Assembly (NCBI GenBank): GCA_039591615.1
Contig: JBDHDH010000013.1
Location: 39 to 64,038 of the forward strand
Reading direction: 5' to 3'
Source of the DNA: Gemmatimonadota bacterium
Lineage (GTDB): Bacteria > Gemmatimonadota > Gemmatimonadetes > Gemmatimonadales > GWC2-71-9
DNA: 64,000 nt
Position numbers and translations under genes: made by a program
Part shown: piece after piece, positions 17,917-27,494 of the stretch
How the letters are laid out: the number at the start of each line of letters is the position of its first letter
Numbering within the stretch: the stretch's first letter is position 1
The notes under the pieces: model-generated
What the model was told of the DNA's origin: nothing
Databases searched by the model: none
The model's input: only the letters and a program-made list of their open reading frames with translations

Positions 17917-19277
17917 CGTGCGATCTCCACGTACCGCTCGAGCCATGGGACGTCCAGCCTACCCACGATGCGGGCCAGCTCGACCCGGGCAGCCATCTCC
18001 CGATGCTGGGCATCCACCAGGCCCGCCCGAGCCACCAGGAGCTCGGCCTCGGCGTTCAGGTAATCGGTTTCCGTCCCCGCACCGGCATCGAGTCGCAGCC
18101 GCTCGATCCGAGCAACCTCGGCGAACCGAGCGACGGCCGTTCGCAGGCTCAGCACTCGCGCCCGAGCCTCCTCGACCGTTGACCGGGCACGGTCCACGTC
18201 GTGGGCTACGCGGCTCTCGATGAGGCGCAACCGCTCGTCGGATGCCCGCCGTGCCGCATCAGCCCGTGCGACTCCACGGCTTACGGCACCTCCTGAGAAC
18301 ACGAGATAGGAGAACTGGAGCCCGACATTCCACTCGGCTGTGAAATCGCCTTCGGCCGAGCCCCGATCGATCCAGCCACCGAAGAGATCAAGCCGGGGCC
18401 AGCGGGCACTGCGAGCGAGCCGCTGATTCGCCCGATCGGCTCCCACCCCACGACGTGCCTGCGCCACAGTCGGGCTCGCTTCCAGCGCATGACGGTAAAG
18501 ACCGTCCCGATCGGGGAGCGTCGTATCGGACCACGTAACGGCAACCAGACGATCCGCACGGGTCTCCTCAACGTCCACTCCGATGAGGCGCGCAAGATCT
18601 CGCTCCGCCACGTCGAGTGCGGCCGCCAGCCCCACACGCTCGGCCCGGGCGCTCGCTAAGGCTGCTTCCACTCGTAAGACGTCTACGTCCGCCGCCTTTC
18701 CCGCATCCCGCCGTTGTCGGACCCTCGACTCCTCGGATGTCAGGGCGGCCAGCCGACGATCGTGTGCATGGAGAATCCCCTGTCCGCTGAGAGCGGAGAG
18801 ATAGGTCGATACGACCCGCGCGATGAGCTCCTGCCGTGCCTCGTCATACGCCGCGTCCGCCGCTAACGCCTGCTCCCGGACCGACCGAACGCGGGCCGGC
18901 CGGGCGCCGCCTTCGAACAGCGTATAGCTGAGCGTGGCTCCTGCCTGGAGAAGGGTCTCGTCGAAGGGAGGCGTCTGTCCGGGCTGAAAGTCGTGAATGG
19001 GACTCACGATCATGGGCTTCTGGTAACGGGTCGCCGCGGCCGTGACGGCCACCCTCGGGAACCAGGAAGCCGAGGCCTCACCCACGGCAGCGGAGGCAGC
19101 GTCGCTGCTCGCGGCGGACGCCCGAACGGCGGGATCGTGCGTCAGGCCGCGGCGTATCGCGTCCGGAAGCGTGAGGCTCGGCGGGTCCACGGGCTCCTGC
19201 CCGACGAGCGCCAGACACGGCACGCTCAGCAACACACCCACGAGCCCCACTGCGGGAGCCGTGATGACCTTCGTCAC
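17913..19277 (-). CDS. TolC-family outer membrane efflux protein
   Basis: Signal peptide followed by two internally repeated helix/strand halves (...YQKPMIVSP..., ...LQFSYLVFSGG...). 454 aa. Confidence 0.85.
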   Translation of the reverse strand: MTKVITAPAVGLVGVLLSVPCLALVGQEPVDPPSLTLPDAIRRGLTHDPAVRASAASSDAASAAVGEASASWFPRVAVTAAATRYQKPMIVSPIHDFQPGQTPPFDETLLQAGATLSYTLFEGGARPARVRSVREQALAADAAYDEARQELIARVVSTYLSALSGQGILHAHDRRLAALTSEESRVRQRRDAGKAADVDVLRVEAALASARAERVGLAAALDVAERDLARLIGVDVEETRADRLVAVTWSDTTLPDRDGLYRHALEASPTVAQARRGVGADRANQRLARSARWPRLDLFGGWIDRGSAEGDFTAEWNVGLQFSYLVFSGGAVSRGVARADAARRASDERLRLIESRVAHDVDRARSTVEEARARVLSLRTAVARFAEVARIERLRLDAGAGTETDYLNAEAELLVARAGLVDAQHREMAARVELARIVGRLDVPWLERYVEIAR

Positions 19278-19894
19278 TCTTGACCTCCTGGGTCTTGCGT
19301 CAATCCTCGTCGCACGAAAAGGACGACGCTTTCCACGAGTTGCTCCCTGGTTCCAGGATCGTCCTGATCGAGGGAAGCGCCTTCCATGAGGGCCTGGCGG
19401 GTGAGGGAGAGGAACATGGGCTGGGCGCCTACACTCAGCGCCATCAGGAACGGGTCACCCCCTCGGACGGAACCGTCGCGCTGCCCCGCTGCAATCAGCT
19501 GGCTGAGCAGGCCAACGTTCCCCCTCATCGTTCGTCTTCCCGGCTCGGGCATAGGGCGAGCGCCGGCAAGATGATGGACGAGCAGCCGAGGGAGCTCGGG
19601 ATGCTCGTGGAGGTACTCGAAGAATGCGCGCACGAATCGCTCGATTCGTTGGAGGGGCGTGCCGATACCCGAGGCAGCCCGTGTCAGGTACTGAACGCTG
19701 GGCTCGACGACGGCGGCAAACGCGGCCTCGTACAGAGCGTCCTTGGAACCGAAGTGGTAGGTGATGGCGCCGAGGTTCGTGCCAGCCCGGCTGGTAATGG
19801 CCCGCACCGAGGTTCCCTCATATCCGTGGTGCGAGAAGAGCTCGGTGGCGGCCGCAACGAGGTCGGATGCAGTACCTGAGAGGCTGTCATTCAT
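19274..19894 (-). CDS. TetR/AcrR family transcriptional regulator
   Basis: HTH AATELFSHHGYEGTSVRAITSRAGTNLGAITYHFGSKDALY. It is the first gene of the efflux operon and overlaps tolC by 4 nt. Confidence 0.9.
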   Translation of the reverse strand: MNDSLSGTASDLVAAATELFSHHGYEGTSVRAITSRAGTNLGAITYHFGSKDALYEAAFAAVVEPSVQYLTRAASGIGTPLQRIERFVRAFFEYLHEHPELPRLLVHHLAGARPMPEPGRRTMRGNVGLLSQLIAAGQRDGSVRGGDPFLMALSVGAQPMFLSLTRQALMEGASLDQDDPGTREQLVESVVLFVRRGLTQDPGGQE

Positions 19895-19984
19895 ACGTAT
19901 GACTTCCGCCTCAGTCTAAGGCTCCCTTCTATCCATCGCAAGGGCTTATTACAGCAACGCGGTTTTGGGGGAGCTCGCCCCTCG

Positions 19985-20290
19985 TTAGGTCTCCTCGAAT
20001 ATCAGGTCGCGGAGGGCTGCAAGATCCTCGAGAATGCGGAGCCTCAACGACCCGGGCCCTGCGTGCTTCTTGTCACGCAACATCACGTCCGTCCAAGCCC
20101 GGAGCGCGGTGAGCTTTTCACCTATCCGATCTGCCGGTCCCGGAGCAGCCTCGAGGCTGGAGAGGATGAGGCCCGCTGTCCGGGCGGCCTCCAGGTCCTC
20201 TCCATCTTCATCGGACAATCGGACCAAACGATCCAGTTCCTCGATCAGCGTGACAGCATTCTCGTGGGTCAGCGGTTCGCGCACGGCCAT
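19985..20290 (-). CDS. hypothetical helical protein (101 aa)
   Basis: Start taken at the internal ATG (MAVREPLTHENAVTLIEELDRLVRL...). No family recognised. The longer ORF to 20524 looks like non-coding read-through. Confidence 0.4.
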   Translation of the reverse strand: MAVREPLTHENAVTLIEELDRLVRLSDEDGEDLEAARTAGLILSSLEAAPGPADRIGEKLTALRAWTDVMLRDKKHAGPGSLRLRILEDLAALRDLIFEET

Positions 20291-20419
20291 CCTCGACCTC
20301 CGGAACACGGTTCTCCCCACCATTTTGACTCGAGGCGCAGCTTGACGGAACCCACCCAGGTACGTGACAGTTGGGGCGACGGAAAAACCGTTCACCCGTG
20401 CTGGGAGCGATTCCTCCAA

Positions 20420-21949
20420 ATGTATGAAGCTCTGCTGGTGGATCTCGACGGCGTAGTGACCCGGACTGCCGCGGTGCACGCCGCGGCCTGGAAGCGGCTG
20501 TTCGACGAGTTCTTGGGGCGGCACGCGGAGCGCACGGCGGTTGGGTTCGAGCCCTTCGACATCGACCGGGATTACCGCACCTACGTCGACGGGCGGCCTC
20601 GGTACGCGGGCGTTGAGAGCTTTCTCGCATCGCGCGGGATCGAGCTGCCGTACGGCACGCCCGAGGACAGCGCTGATCGTGAGACGGTCTGCGGCCTAGG
20701 GAATCGCAAGAACCTGTATTTTCGTCAGCACCTCAGGGAGAATGGTGTCGGTGTGTACGACGATGCGGTGGCCCTCGTTCGAAGAGCCAGGGAGCAGGGG
20801 CTCAGGGTGGCCGTGGTCTCGTCGAGCAAGAACTGCGGGCCCGTGCTGGAGGCTGCGGGACTGGCCGGCCTGTTCGAGGAACGGGTAGACGGTCTCGACG
20901 TCGCCGGTCTCGGTCTCCAAGGCAAGCCGGCCCCCGACATGTTCCTGGAGGCTGCGAGGCGGCTTGGCGTCGACCCGACGGGAGCCGTCGTGCTCGAGGA
21001 CGCGGTGTCTGGCGTCGAGGCCGGGCGCCGTGGCGGGTTTGGGCTCGTGGTGGGCGTCGATCGCGGCGACCATGCCGAGGAGCTTCGCCGTCACGGCGCT
21101 CACGTTGTGTGCTCCGATTTACGGGAACTCGAGCTCGATTCTTCCCCAGCCCTCCCATCGGCGCTGGAACATCTCAACGACATTGCGCAAGAGATCCGCG
21201 GACGACGTCCGGCCGTGTTCCTCGATTACGATGGCACCCTGACGCCTATCGTCGATCGTCCCGATCTCGCCGTTCTCTCCGCACAGATGCGCGACACGGT
21301 TCGCCACCTGGCCGGCCGGTGTACCGTCGCCGTGGTGAGCGGTCGGGATCGGCAGGATGTGGAAGCGCTGGTCGGTCTCGAGTCGCTCGTGTATGCAGGA
21401 AGCCACGGGTTCGACATCGCCGGACCCGGCGGGTTCGAGATGCACCACGCTGGCAGTGCCGAGGATCGGTCCTTCCTCCACGATGCAGAGGAAGATCTCC
21501 GGAACGTGCTCTCAGGGATTGGTGGTGTCCTCATCGAGCCCAAGCGCTATGCTCTTGCGGTCCATTATCGGCTCGTGCGGGACCAGGACTACCCGATGGT
21601 GCGGGACGCCGTCGAGACGGTGGCTGCTCGATACCCTCAGCTGCGGCGAACGGGAGGGAAGAAGATCTTCGAGCTTCGACCACGACTCGACTGGGACAAG
21701 GGCAAGGCGGTCCTCTGGCTGCTCGAGGCCCTGGGGCTCGACACGCCGGACGTGCTTCCCTTCTATCTCGGTGACGACCTGACGGACGAGGACGCGTTTG
21801 CGGTGCTGGAGGAGCGCGGGATTGGTATTCTGGTGAGCGAGTCCCCAGAGGCCGCCTCGCGGGCCACCTACGGCCTGCGCGATCCTGGGGAAGTTCGGGT
21901 CTTTCTGGAGCGCGTGATCGCCATACTGGGGGAGGACGATCGTGAGTGA
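20420..21949 (+). CDS. bifunctional HAD protein: beta-phosphoglucomutase-like domain fused to trehalose-6-phosphate phosphatase (OtsB-like) domain
   Basis: Start at ATG 20420 (MYEALLVDLDGVVT, HAD motif I). The second HAD module is AVFLDYDGTLTP...VVSGR...YLGDDLTDEDAF, typical of T6PP. Confidence 0.8.
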   Translation: MYEALLVDLDGVVTRTAAVHAAAWKRLFDEFLGRHAERTAVGFEPFDIDRDYRTYVDGRPRYAGVESFLASRGIELPYGTPEDSADRETVCGLGNRKNLYFRQHLRENGVGVYDDAVALVRRAREQGLRVAVVSSSKNCGPVLEAAGLAGLFEERVDGLDVAGLGLQGKPAPDMFLEAARRLGVDPTGAVVLEDAVSGVEAGRRGGFGLVVGVDRGDHAEELRRHGAHVVCSDLRELELDSSPALPSALEHLNDIAQEIRGRRPAVFLDYDGTLTPIVDRPDLAVLSAQMRDTVRHLAGRCTVAVVSGRDRQDVEALVGLESLVYAGSHGFDIAGPGGFEMHHAGSAEDRSFLHDAEEDLRNVLSGIGGVLIEPKRYALAVHYRLVRDQDYPMVRDAVETVAARYPQLRRTGGKKIFELRPRLDWDKGKAVLWLLEALGLDTPDVLPFYLGDDLTDEDAFAVLEERGIGILVSESPEAASRATYGLRDPGEVRVFLERVIAILGEDDRE

Positions 21950-24353
21950 TGCATGGTCGCTCGTCTACCATGGTTTCGATCCTAAGGCGGAGGGCCTTCG
22001 GGAGGCACTCTGCACACTTGGCAACGGCTACTTCGCCACCCGCGGTGCCGCGCCGGAGGCATCCGACGACGGCGTGCACTATCCGGGAACGTATGTGGCC
22101 GGATGCTACAACCGCCTCAAGACCGAGATAGCCGGTCGTGACGTCTGGAACGAAGATCTGGTCAATGTGCCCAACTGGCTGCCCCTGACCTTTCGGCCCG
22201 AAGGCGGGGAGTGGTTCGACCTCCGCGATGTCGAGCTCCTGGATTACCGCCAGGAGCTTCACCTGGCCACCGGGGAGCTCCGACGCGCCCTCCGGTACCG
22301 CGACAGCGGTGGGCGCGAGACGAGCGTCGCATCTCGCCGCTTCGTTCACATGGCTCATCCACACCTCGCCGCCGTCGAGACGACCATCGAGCCATTGAAC
22401 TGGTCTGGTACACTCGACGTCCGCTCGGCACTCGACGGGCGCGTCGTCAACAACGGTGTCGCTCGCTATCGGCGGCTCAACAACAGACACCTGGAGGCCG
22501 TGGAGACCGAGGCAGTGGGGGACGATGCCATCTTCCTGAGGGTTCGGACGAGCCAGTCGCGGATCGACTTGGCAATGGCCGCACGTACACACGTCTATCC
22601 GAACGGATCTCTCAAGAACACCGACCGACGGTTGGTCCAAGACGCGGCATACATCGCGCACGATCTCACCGTGCCAATAACACAGGGCGCCGCTCTCACC
22701 GTCGAAAAAGTGATTGCGCTCTACACGTCGCGAGACCATGCCATTTCGGAGTGTGGTTTGGAAGCCCGCAAAGCCGTCGGACGGGCTCGTACCTATGACG
22801 CACTGCTACGGACTCATGCCCGCGCCTGGGAGCACATCTGGCGGCGATTCGACATCGCGATCGTGCCGGACCGTGAGGATGGTGATGACAAGCGCGAGCT
22901 ACGCATCCTGCGACTCCACGTCTTTCATCTCCTTCAGACCGCCTCGCCGAACACCATCGACCTCGATGTCGGCGTGCCGCCCCGGGGGCTCCACGGTGAA
23001 GCGTACCGCGGCCACATCTTCTGGGACGAGCTCTTCATCTTCCCACTCTTGAATCTCCGGATGCCGGAGATAACCCGCGCACTCTTGATGTACCGATACC
23101 GCCGGCTGGATGAGGCCAGAATCGCGGCGCAGGAGGCTGGGTTCCAGGGAGCGATGTTTCCGTGGCAGAGCGGGAGCAATGGAAGAGAGGAGACCCAACA
23201 ACTCCACCTCAACCCGAAGTCGGGCCGGTGGCTCCCGGACCGATCCCACCGTCAGCGCCACGTCAACGCCGCCATCGCCTACAACGTCTGGCACTACTAC
23301 CAGGTGACGGAGGATCTGGAGTTCCTGTCGTTCTTCGGTGCCGAGATGTTCCTGGAAATCGCCCGCTTCTGGGCCAGCATCGCGACCTACAACGCCGATC
23401 ACGGTCGATACGAGATCCGAGGCGTCATGGGTCCCGACGAGTACCATGACGGCTATCCCGACACGGATCAAGCTGGCCTGCTGAACAACGCGTATACGAA
23501 TTTGCTGGCCGTTTGGGTGCTCTGCCGCGCCCTCGAGGTGATCGAGCTTCTACCTCAGAACCGATCACAGGAGCTTTGTGAGAAGCTCGCCATCTCCCCG
23601 GACGAGTTGGGGCGCTGGGACGAGATCAGTCGGCAGATGCGCTTGGTGTTCTTTGACGACGGAATCCTGAGTCAGTTCGAGGGTTATGAGCGGTTGGACG
23701 AAATTGACTGGGACCGTTATCGCGAGAAGTACGAGGACATCCACCGCCTTGATAGAATCCTCGAAGCCGAAGGCGATACGCCGAACCGCTACAAGCTGTC
23801 CAAGCAGGCCGACGTTCTGATGCTCTACTACCTCTTCTCGACGGAGGAGATCAAAGAGCTGCTCGAGCGCCTGGGATACACCTTCAGCCCGGACGCTGTC
23901 CCGAAGACCATCGAGTACTACATGGCCCGTTCGTCTCACGGCTCCACCCTGAGCCGCATCGTCGACTCATGGGTCCTGGCTAGATCCAATCGCCCTGGTT
24001 CTTGGGAGCTCTTCACCGAGGCCCTGGAGAGCGACGTGCGTGACATCCAGGGAGGAACGACACCAGAGGGCATTCACCTGGGCGCCATGGCCGGCACCGT
24101 GGATATCGTTCAGCGGTGCTACAGCGGCATCGATACCCGCGGCGACGTACTGTGGCTGAACCCGCGCATCCCCGAGCAGCTGCGCTGCCTTCGACTCCGA
24201 ATACTGTATCGGGGACAGCCCATCGAGCTCGATATGGAGCGCGACCGCCTCATGGTCACGTCACTCCCGTCGGCCGCGCACACCATCCAGCTCGGGTTCC
24301 GCGACGAGATCTTCCAACTCCGTCCCGAGGAAACGAGGGAGTTTTCCCTCTGA
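21942..24353 (+). CDS. glycoside hydrolase family 65 disaccharide phosphorylase (trehalose/maltose/kojibiose phosphorylase family)
   Basis: LCTLGNGYFATRGA, GHIFWDELFIFP, MFPWQSGSNGREETQ. 803 aa, with an 8-nt overlap on the preceding gene. Confidence 0.85.
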   Translation: MSDAWSLVYHGFDPKAEGLREALCTLGNGYFATRGAAPEASDDGVHYPGTYVAGCYNRLKTEIAGRDVWNEDLVNVPNWLPLTFRPEGGEWFDLRDVELLDYRQELHLATGELRRALRYRDSGGRETSVASRRFVHMAHPHLAAVETTIEPLNWSGTLDVRSALDGRVVNNGVARYRRLNNRHLEAVETEAVGDDAIFLRVRTSQSRIDLAMAARTHVYPNGSLKNTDRRLVQDAAYIAHDLTVPITQGAALTVEKVIALYTSRDHAISECGLEARKAVGRARTYDALLRTHARAWEHIWRRFDIAIVPDREDGDDKRELRILRLHVFHLLQTASPNTIDLDVGVPPRGLHGEAYRGHIFWDELFIFPLLNLRMPEITRALLMYRYRRLDEARIAAQEAGFQGAMFPWQSGSNGREETQQLHLNPKSGRWLPDRSHRQRHVNAAIAYNVWHYYQVTEDLEFLSFFGAEMFLEIARFWASIATYNADHGRYEIRGVMGPDEYHDGYPDTDQAGLLNNAYTNLLAVWVLCRALEVIELLPQNRSQELCEKLAISPDELGRWDEISRQMRLVFFDDGILSQFEGYERLDEIDWDRYREKYEDIHRLDRILEAEGDTPNRYKLSKQADVLMLYYLFSTEEIKELLERLGYTFSPDAVPKTIEYYMARSSHGSTLSRIVDSWVLARSNRPGSWELFTEALESDVRDIQGGTTPEGIHLGAMAGTVDIVQRCYSGIDTRGDVLWLNPRIPEQLRCLRLRILYRGQPIELDMERDRLMVTSLPSAAHTIQLGFRDEIFQLRPEETREFSL

Positions 24354-24362
24354 GTCACTTCC

Positions 24363-25874
24363 ATGAGCTCAATGCCGTATACATTCGAGGGTTTTGAGAA
24401 ACGAATTGACACGAACTGGTTCGACGACGACGAGCTGCTCCAGAAGCTGCTCGTTCGCTACGCCGGAGGGGCAGATCACGGCCCGGCACTCGCAGAATGG
24501 GGTGGCCTCTGCAGCGGCACGCTGCGAGAGCTCGCCGAGCGTTCAGCACTCCTCGAGAACCGTCCCGTGCTGCGACACGTCGACGCGTACAATCAGCGAG
24601 TGGACGAAGTCCTGCTCCCTCCTTCCACCCTCCGCGCCCTCCAAATCGTAGAGGGCCAGCATCGTCTGGGAGCCCTCCATGGGCACCCTCAGGTCTTCCA
24701 CGCGAAGTGGTATCTCTACAATCAGAACGGTGAGGCGGGGGTTGGCTGTTCGCTGGCGTGCACCGATGGCATGGTACGGGTGCTGGAGCGGCTCGGCGAC
24801 CAACCGATTCACAGTGAGGTCGTGCGGCAAGTTCGGGATTCGACGTCCGAACGGTATGTGCACGGAGCCCAATTCGTCACGGAGATTCAGGGGGGCTCGG
24901 ACGTCGGCGCCAACGTTGTGAAGGCGCAAAACGAGTCGGGTCGCTGGACGCTCCACGGACAAAAGTGGTTCTGCTCGAACATCAACGCCGACTACTTCCT
25001 GGTCACCGGACGGCCAACAGGCGCACCGTCGGGGCCCGAGGGGGTTGCCCTTTTTCTCGTCCCGGCATACCGCGACCAGGACAGGCGGTATCGCAACGGC
25101 TACACGATCGACCGACTGAAGGACAAGTTGGGGACGTGCGAGCTAGCAACCGCGGAGGTGACGTTCGATGGCGCGCGAGCGTATCCGGTCGGACCACTCG
25201 ACCGCGGCCTGCCGAACCTCGTGGCTCACGTTCTCGTTCCCTCCCGGCTCGCGTGCGTCAACATGGCCGCTGCCTCACTGCGGCGAGCAGAGCGCATCGC
25301 CGGGGCCTACACCGACTTCCGCTCCGCTTTCAGCAAGAAGTTGAATGAGTACCCGCTGGTCAGGCATGCGCTGGATGAGTTGCGCACCGCCCGCGAGCGC
25401 TCACTCGGAGCAGTGATTGAACTGATTCGTATGTGGCAATCAGCGGAAGAGCGCGCAAACGAGACCGTCGAGGCCCTGGACTTCCGTTATTTGTTGAGCC
25501 TCTGCAAACCCGTGCTGACGAGGAACGCAACGCGGCTCCTCAACGACGCGATCATGCTTCTCGGCGCAAATGGAGTGGAGGAACGGTTCTCCCCACTCCC
25601 CCGCCTGTGGCGGGACGCCATCGTCATGGAAACTTGGGAGGGCCCACACAACGTACTGCTCGCACAGGCCCTGCGAGACATGACCCGGTTCGAGGTCGAG
25701 CCGGCGACATTCGTGGAGCGCACTGCCGGCGAACCCCGCCCCGATCTCGCCCGGGAACTGGCTAACATCATCCGCGCGCCACGGGATCCTGCGTCGACCG
25801 TAGCCTTTGCTCGGTGGGCACCGAAACTCGTCGAGGCTTTCGGTGACCGAGTAAGACAAGATACCAGAGGGTGA
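24363..25874 (+). CDS. acyl-CoA dehydrogenase family protein (AidB-like)
   Basis: 503 aa with an N-terminal extension, then the ACAD middle and C-terminal domains (FVTEIQGGSDVGAN, QKWFCSNINADYFLV, WEGPHNVL). Confidence 0.75.
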   Translation: MSSMPYTFEGFEKRIDTNWFDDDELLQKLLVRYAGGADHGPALAEWGGLCSGTLRELAERSALLENRPVLRHVDAYNQRVDEVLLPPSTLRALQIVEGQHRLGALHGHPQVFHAKWYLYNQNGEAGVGCSLACTDGMVRVLERLGDQPIHSEVVRQVRDSTSERYVHGAQFVTEIQGGSDVGANVVKAQNESGRWTLHGQKWFCSNINADYFLVTGRPTGAPSGPEGVALFLVPAYRDQDRRYRNGYTIDRLKDKLGTCELATAEVTFDGARAYPVGPLDRGLPNLVAHVLVPSRLACVNMAAASLRRAERIAGAYTDFRSAFSKKLNEYPLVRHALDELRTARERSLGAVIELIRMWQSAEERANETVEALDFRYLLSLCKPVLTRNATRLLNDAIMLLGANGVEERFSPLPRLWRDAIVMETWEGPHNVLLAQALRDMTRFEVEPATFVERTAGEPRPDLARELANIIRAPRDPASTVAFARWAPKLVEAFGDRVRQDTRG

Positions 25875-26023
25875 GTCCGACATCGTGAGCAGTGATCGAG
25901 ATCCCCGGAGAATGCCCGGTCGGCGATGCTCGCAAACCACCACCGATGGACGGCCATCTGTCCACCCGCTAGATTGCTCGCTCGGAGCTTTCACCGGACT
26001 CGATCCGGCAAGGAGAATATGGA

Positions 26024-26266
26024 ATGGCCATTACCATTGAGCGGTTCGTCGAGAAGCTCGAGAAGCTCAGGCAAGAAATGGACGCCGGTGCGCTCAAGCA
26101 CGGCGAATACGACATGCGTCTCGCACGGGTGATCACCGAGTTGCGCGAAGAGAAGCTGGACGCCGACCGGGAGAAACTGGGGTCCACCATCGACACGCTA
26201 CTCGAACGGGGCACCATTACGCCCTCCGTCAAAACACACCTGTGTAAGCGCCTCGGCCTCGAATAA
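26024..26266 (+). CDS. small hypothetical protein (possibly SHOCT-like)
   Basis: 80 aa. LEKLRQEMDAGALKHGEYDMRLARVI loosely resembles a SHOCT motif. No other support. Confidence 0.4.
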   Translation: MAITIERFVEKLEKLRQEMDAGALKHGEYDMRLARVITELREEKLDADREKLGSTIDTLLERGTITPSVKTHLCKRLGLE

Positions 26267-26529
26267 CCGACACTCGGCGGCGGAGCCCCGCCGGCAGGCC
26301 GCTGGACCGATGCCGGCGCCGACGACCGACAACCCGTGAGCACCCCGCGCGAAATGCCTTGCTACCGATCCGGCCGCTGCAGGGCGTACACCCAACGGGC
26401 GCCCAGCCCTAAAGGGCTATCCGGCCGATCACTTGATGGAAGCCGACTGAACTCTCTCGATGCTGGCTTTCCCGGCCGGGGGAGGAAGGATCCCGCGGGA
26501 GACTGCGGGCCGAGCCGGACAAGATCGCC

Positions 26530-26557
26530 GTAACATTTCCCCCGTCCCGACTGTCTA
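26530..26557 (+). promoter_or_regulatory. candidate ECF-type autoregulated promoter (GTAAC-N17-TGTCTA)
   Basis: It has an AAC-containing -35 and a GTC-containing -10 with a 17-nt spacer, ending 13 nt before the sigma start codon. That implies a very short leader. Confidence 0.25.
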
Positions 26558-26569
26558 TCTTTATGAGCA

Positions 26570-27142
26570 ATGGCCGAGCAACGCGCCGCGGTGGGAGACG
26601 CATCTCTGGTCGCGGAGGCACGGCGCGGCAGCGCCGCGGCCTTCGAGACCCTCGTTCGCAGGCACTATCGCGCCGCGTTCTCAGTGGCCCTCGCCCTGTG
26701 CGGCAACGCCATGGACGCCGAGGATGTCTGCCAGGATGCATTCCTGCGCGCCCTCGAGCGACTGGAAGATTGTCGACACCCGGACCGGTTCGCCGCGTGG
26801 CTGCTCCGAATCGTCCGCAACCGGGCCCACAACTTCCGTGATTACCGGCGTGTCCGCGCCGGGGTGCCGCTGGAGTTCGCCGACGCGCCCAGCCCCTCCG
26901 ACTCGGCTCGTGACTTCGACCGGATCGAACTGCGAGAACAGCTCGAGGCAGCCCTCGCCGAGCTGAATCCGACGGAACGGGAAGTCGTCCTCTTGCATGA
27001 CCTCGAGGGCTGGAGGCACCGCGCCATCGGCGACGCCCTCGGCATTTCGGAGGGCCGGTCGCGCCAATACCTCTTCCATGCGCGCCGGAAGCTCCGGACA
27101 TCGCTTGGCGGAGAAGCTTTGAGGGAGCATCTCAATGAGTGA
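26570..27142 (+). CDS. RNA polymerase ECF sigma-70 family factor
   Basis: Region 2 FETLVRRHYRAAFSVALALCGNAMDAEDVCQDAFLRA...FAAWLLRIVRN. Region 4 LEGWRHRAIGDALGISEGRSRQYLFHARRKL. Confidence 0.9.
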   Translation: MAEQRAAVGDASLVAEARRGSAAAFETLVRRHYRAAFSVALALCGNAMDAEDVCQDAFLRALERLEDCRHPDRFAAWLLRIVRNRAHNFRDYRRVRAGVPLEFADAPSPSDSARDFDRIELREQLEAALAELNPTEREVVLLHDLEGWRHRAIGDALGISEGRSRQYLFHARRKLRTSLGGEALREHLNE

Positions 27143-27494
27143 GGAGCGTATCGACTTCGAACCGCTGGACCCCACCACCGATCCTGCCCGCTTCGACGAG
27201 CTCGTACGGGCCATTGGAGATCGCGCCGCCGGTGAGCTCGTACGTCGCCAGGCGCGATGGACGGCAATCGGACAGATCGCTCGGTGGCAACGACCGCTCC
27301 TGGCAGCCGCAACGATCACGGCCCTCATCTCGGGCGCCGTGCTGTGGCAGACCCGAAGGGGGGAAAGCAGCAAGGAGACCGCTACGGAAGTCGCTGAGGC
27401 ACTGGGACTACCGGGCGCAGTCGCCACATGGGTCCAAGGGGAAGGCACACCGACGATCGAACAGCTGCTAGTCGCCCTCGGAGAAGGTCAATGA
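27135..27494 (+). CDS. putative single-pass membrane anti-sigma factor
   Basis: It overlaps the sigma gene by 8 nt and has one TM helix (LLAAATITALISGAVLW). There is no HxxxCxxC zinc motif. The assignment is by position only. Confidence 0.45.
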   Translation: MSEERIDFEPLDPTTDPARFDELVRAIGDRAAGELVRRQARWTAIGQIARWQRPLLAAATITALISGAVLWQTRRGESSKETATEVAEALGLPGAVATWVQGEGTPTIEQLLVALGEGQ

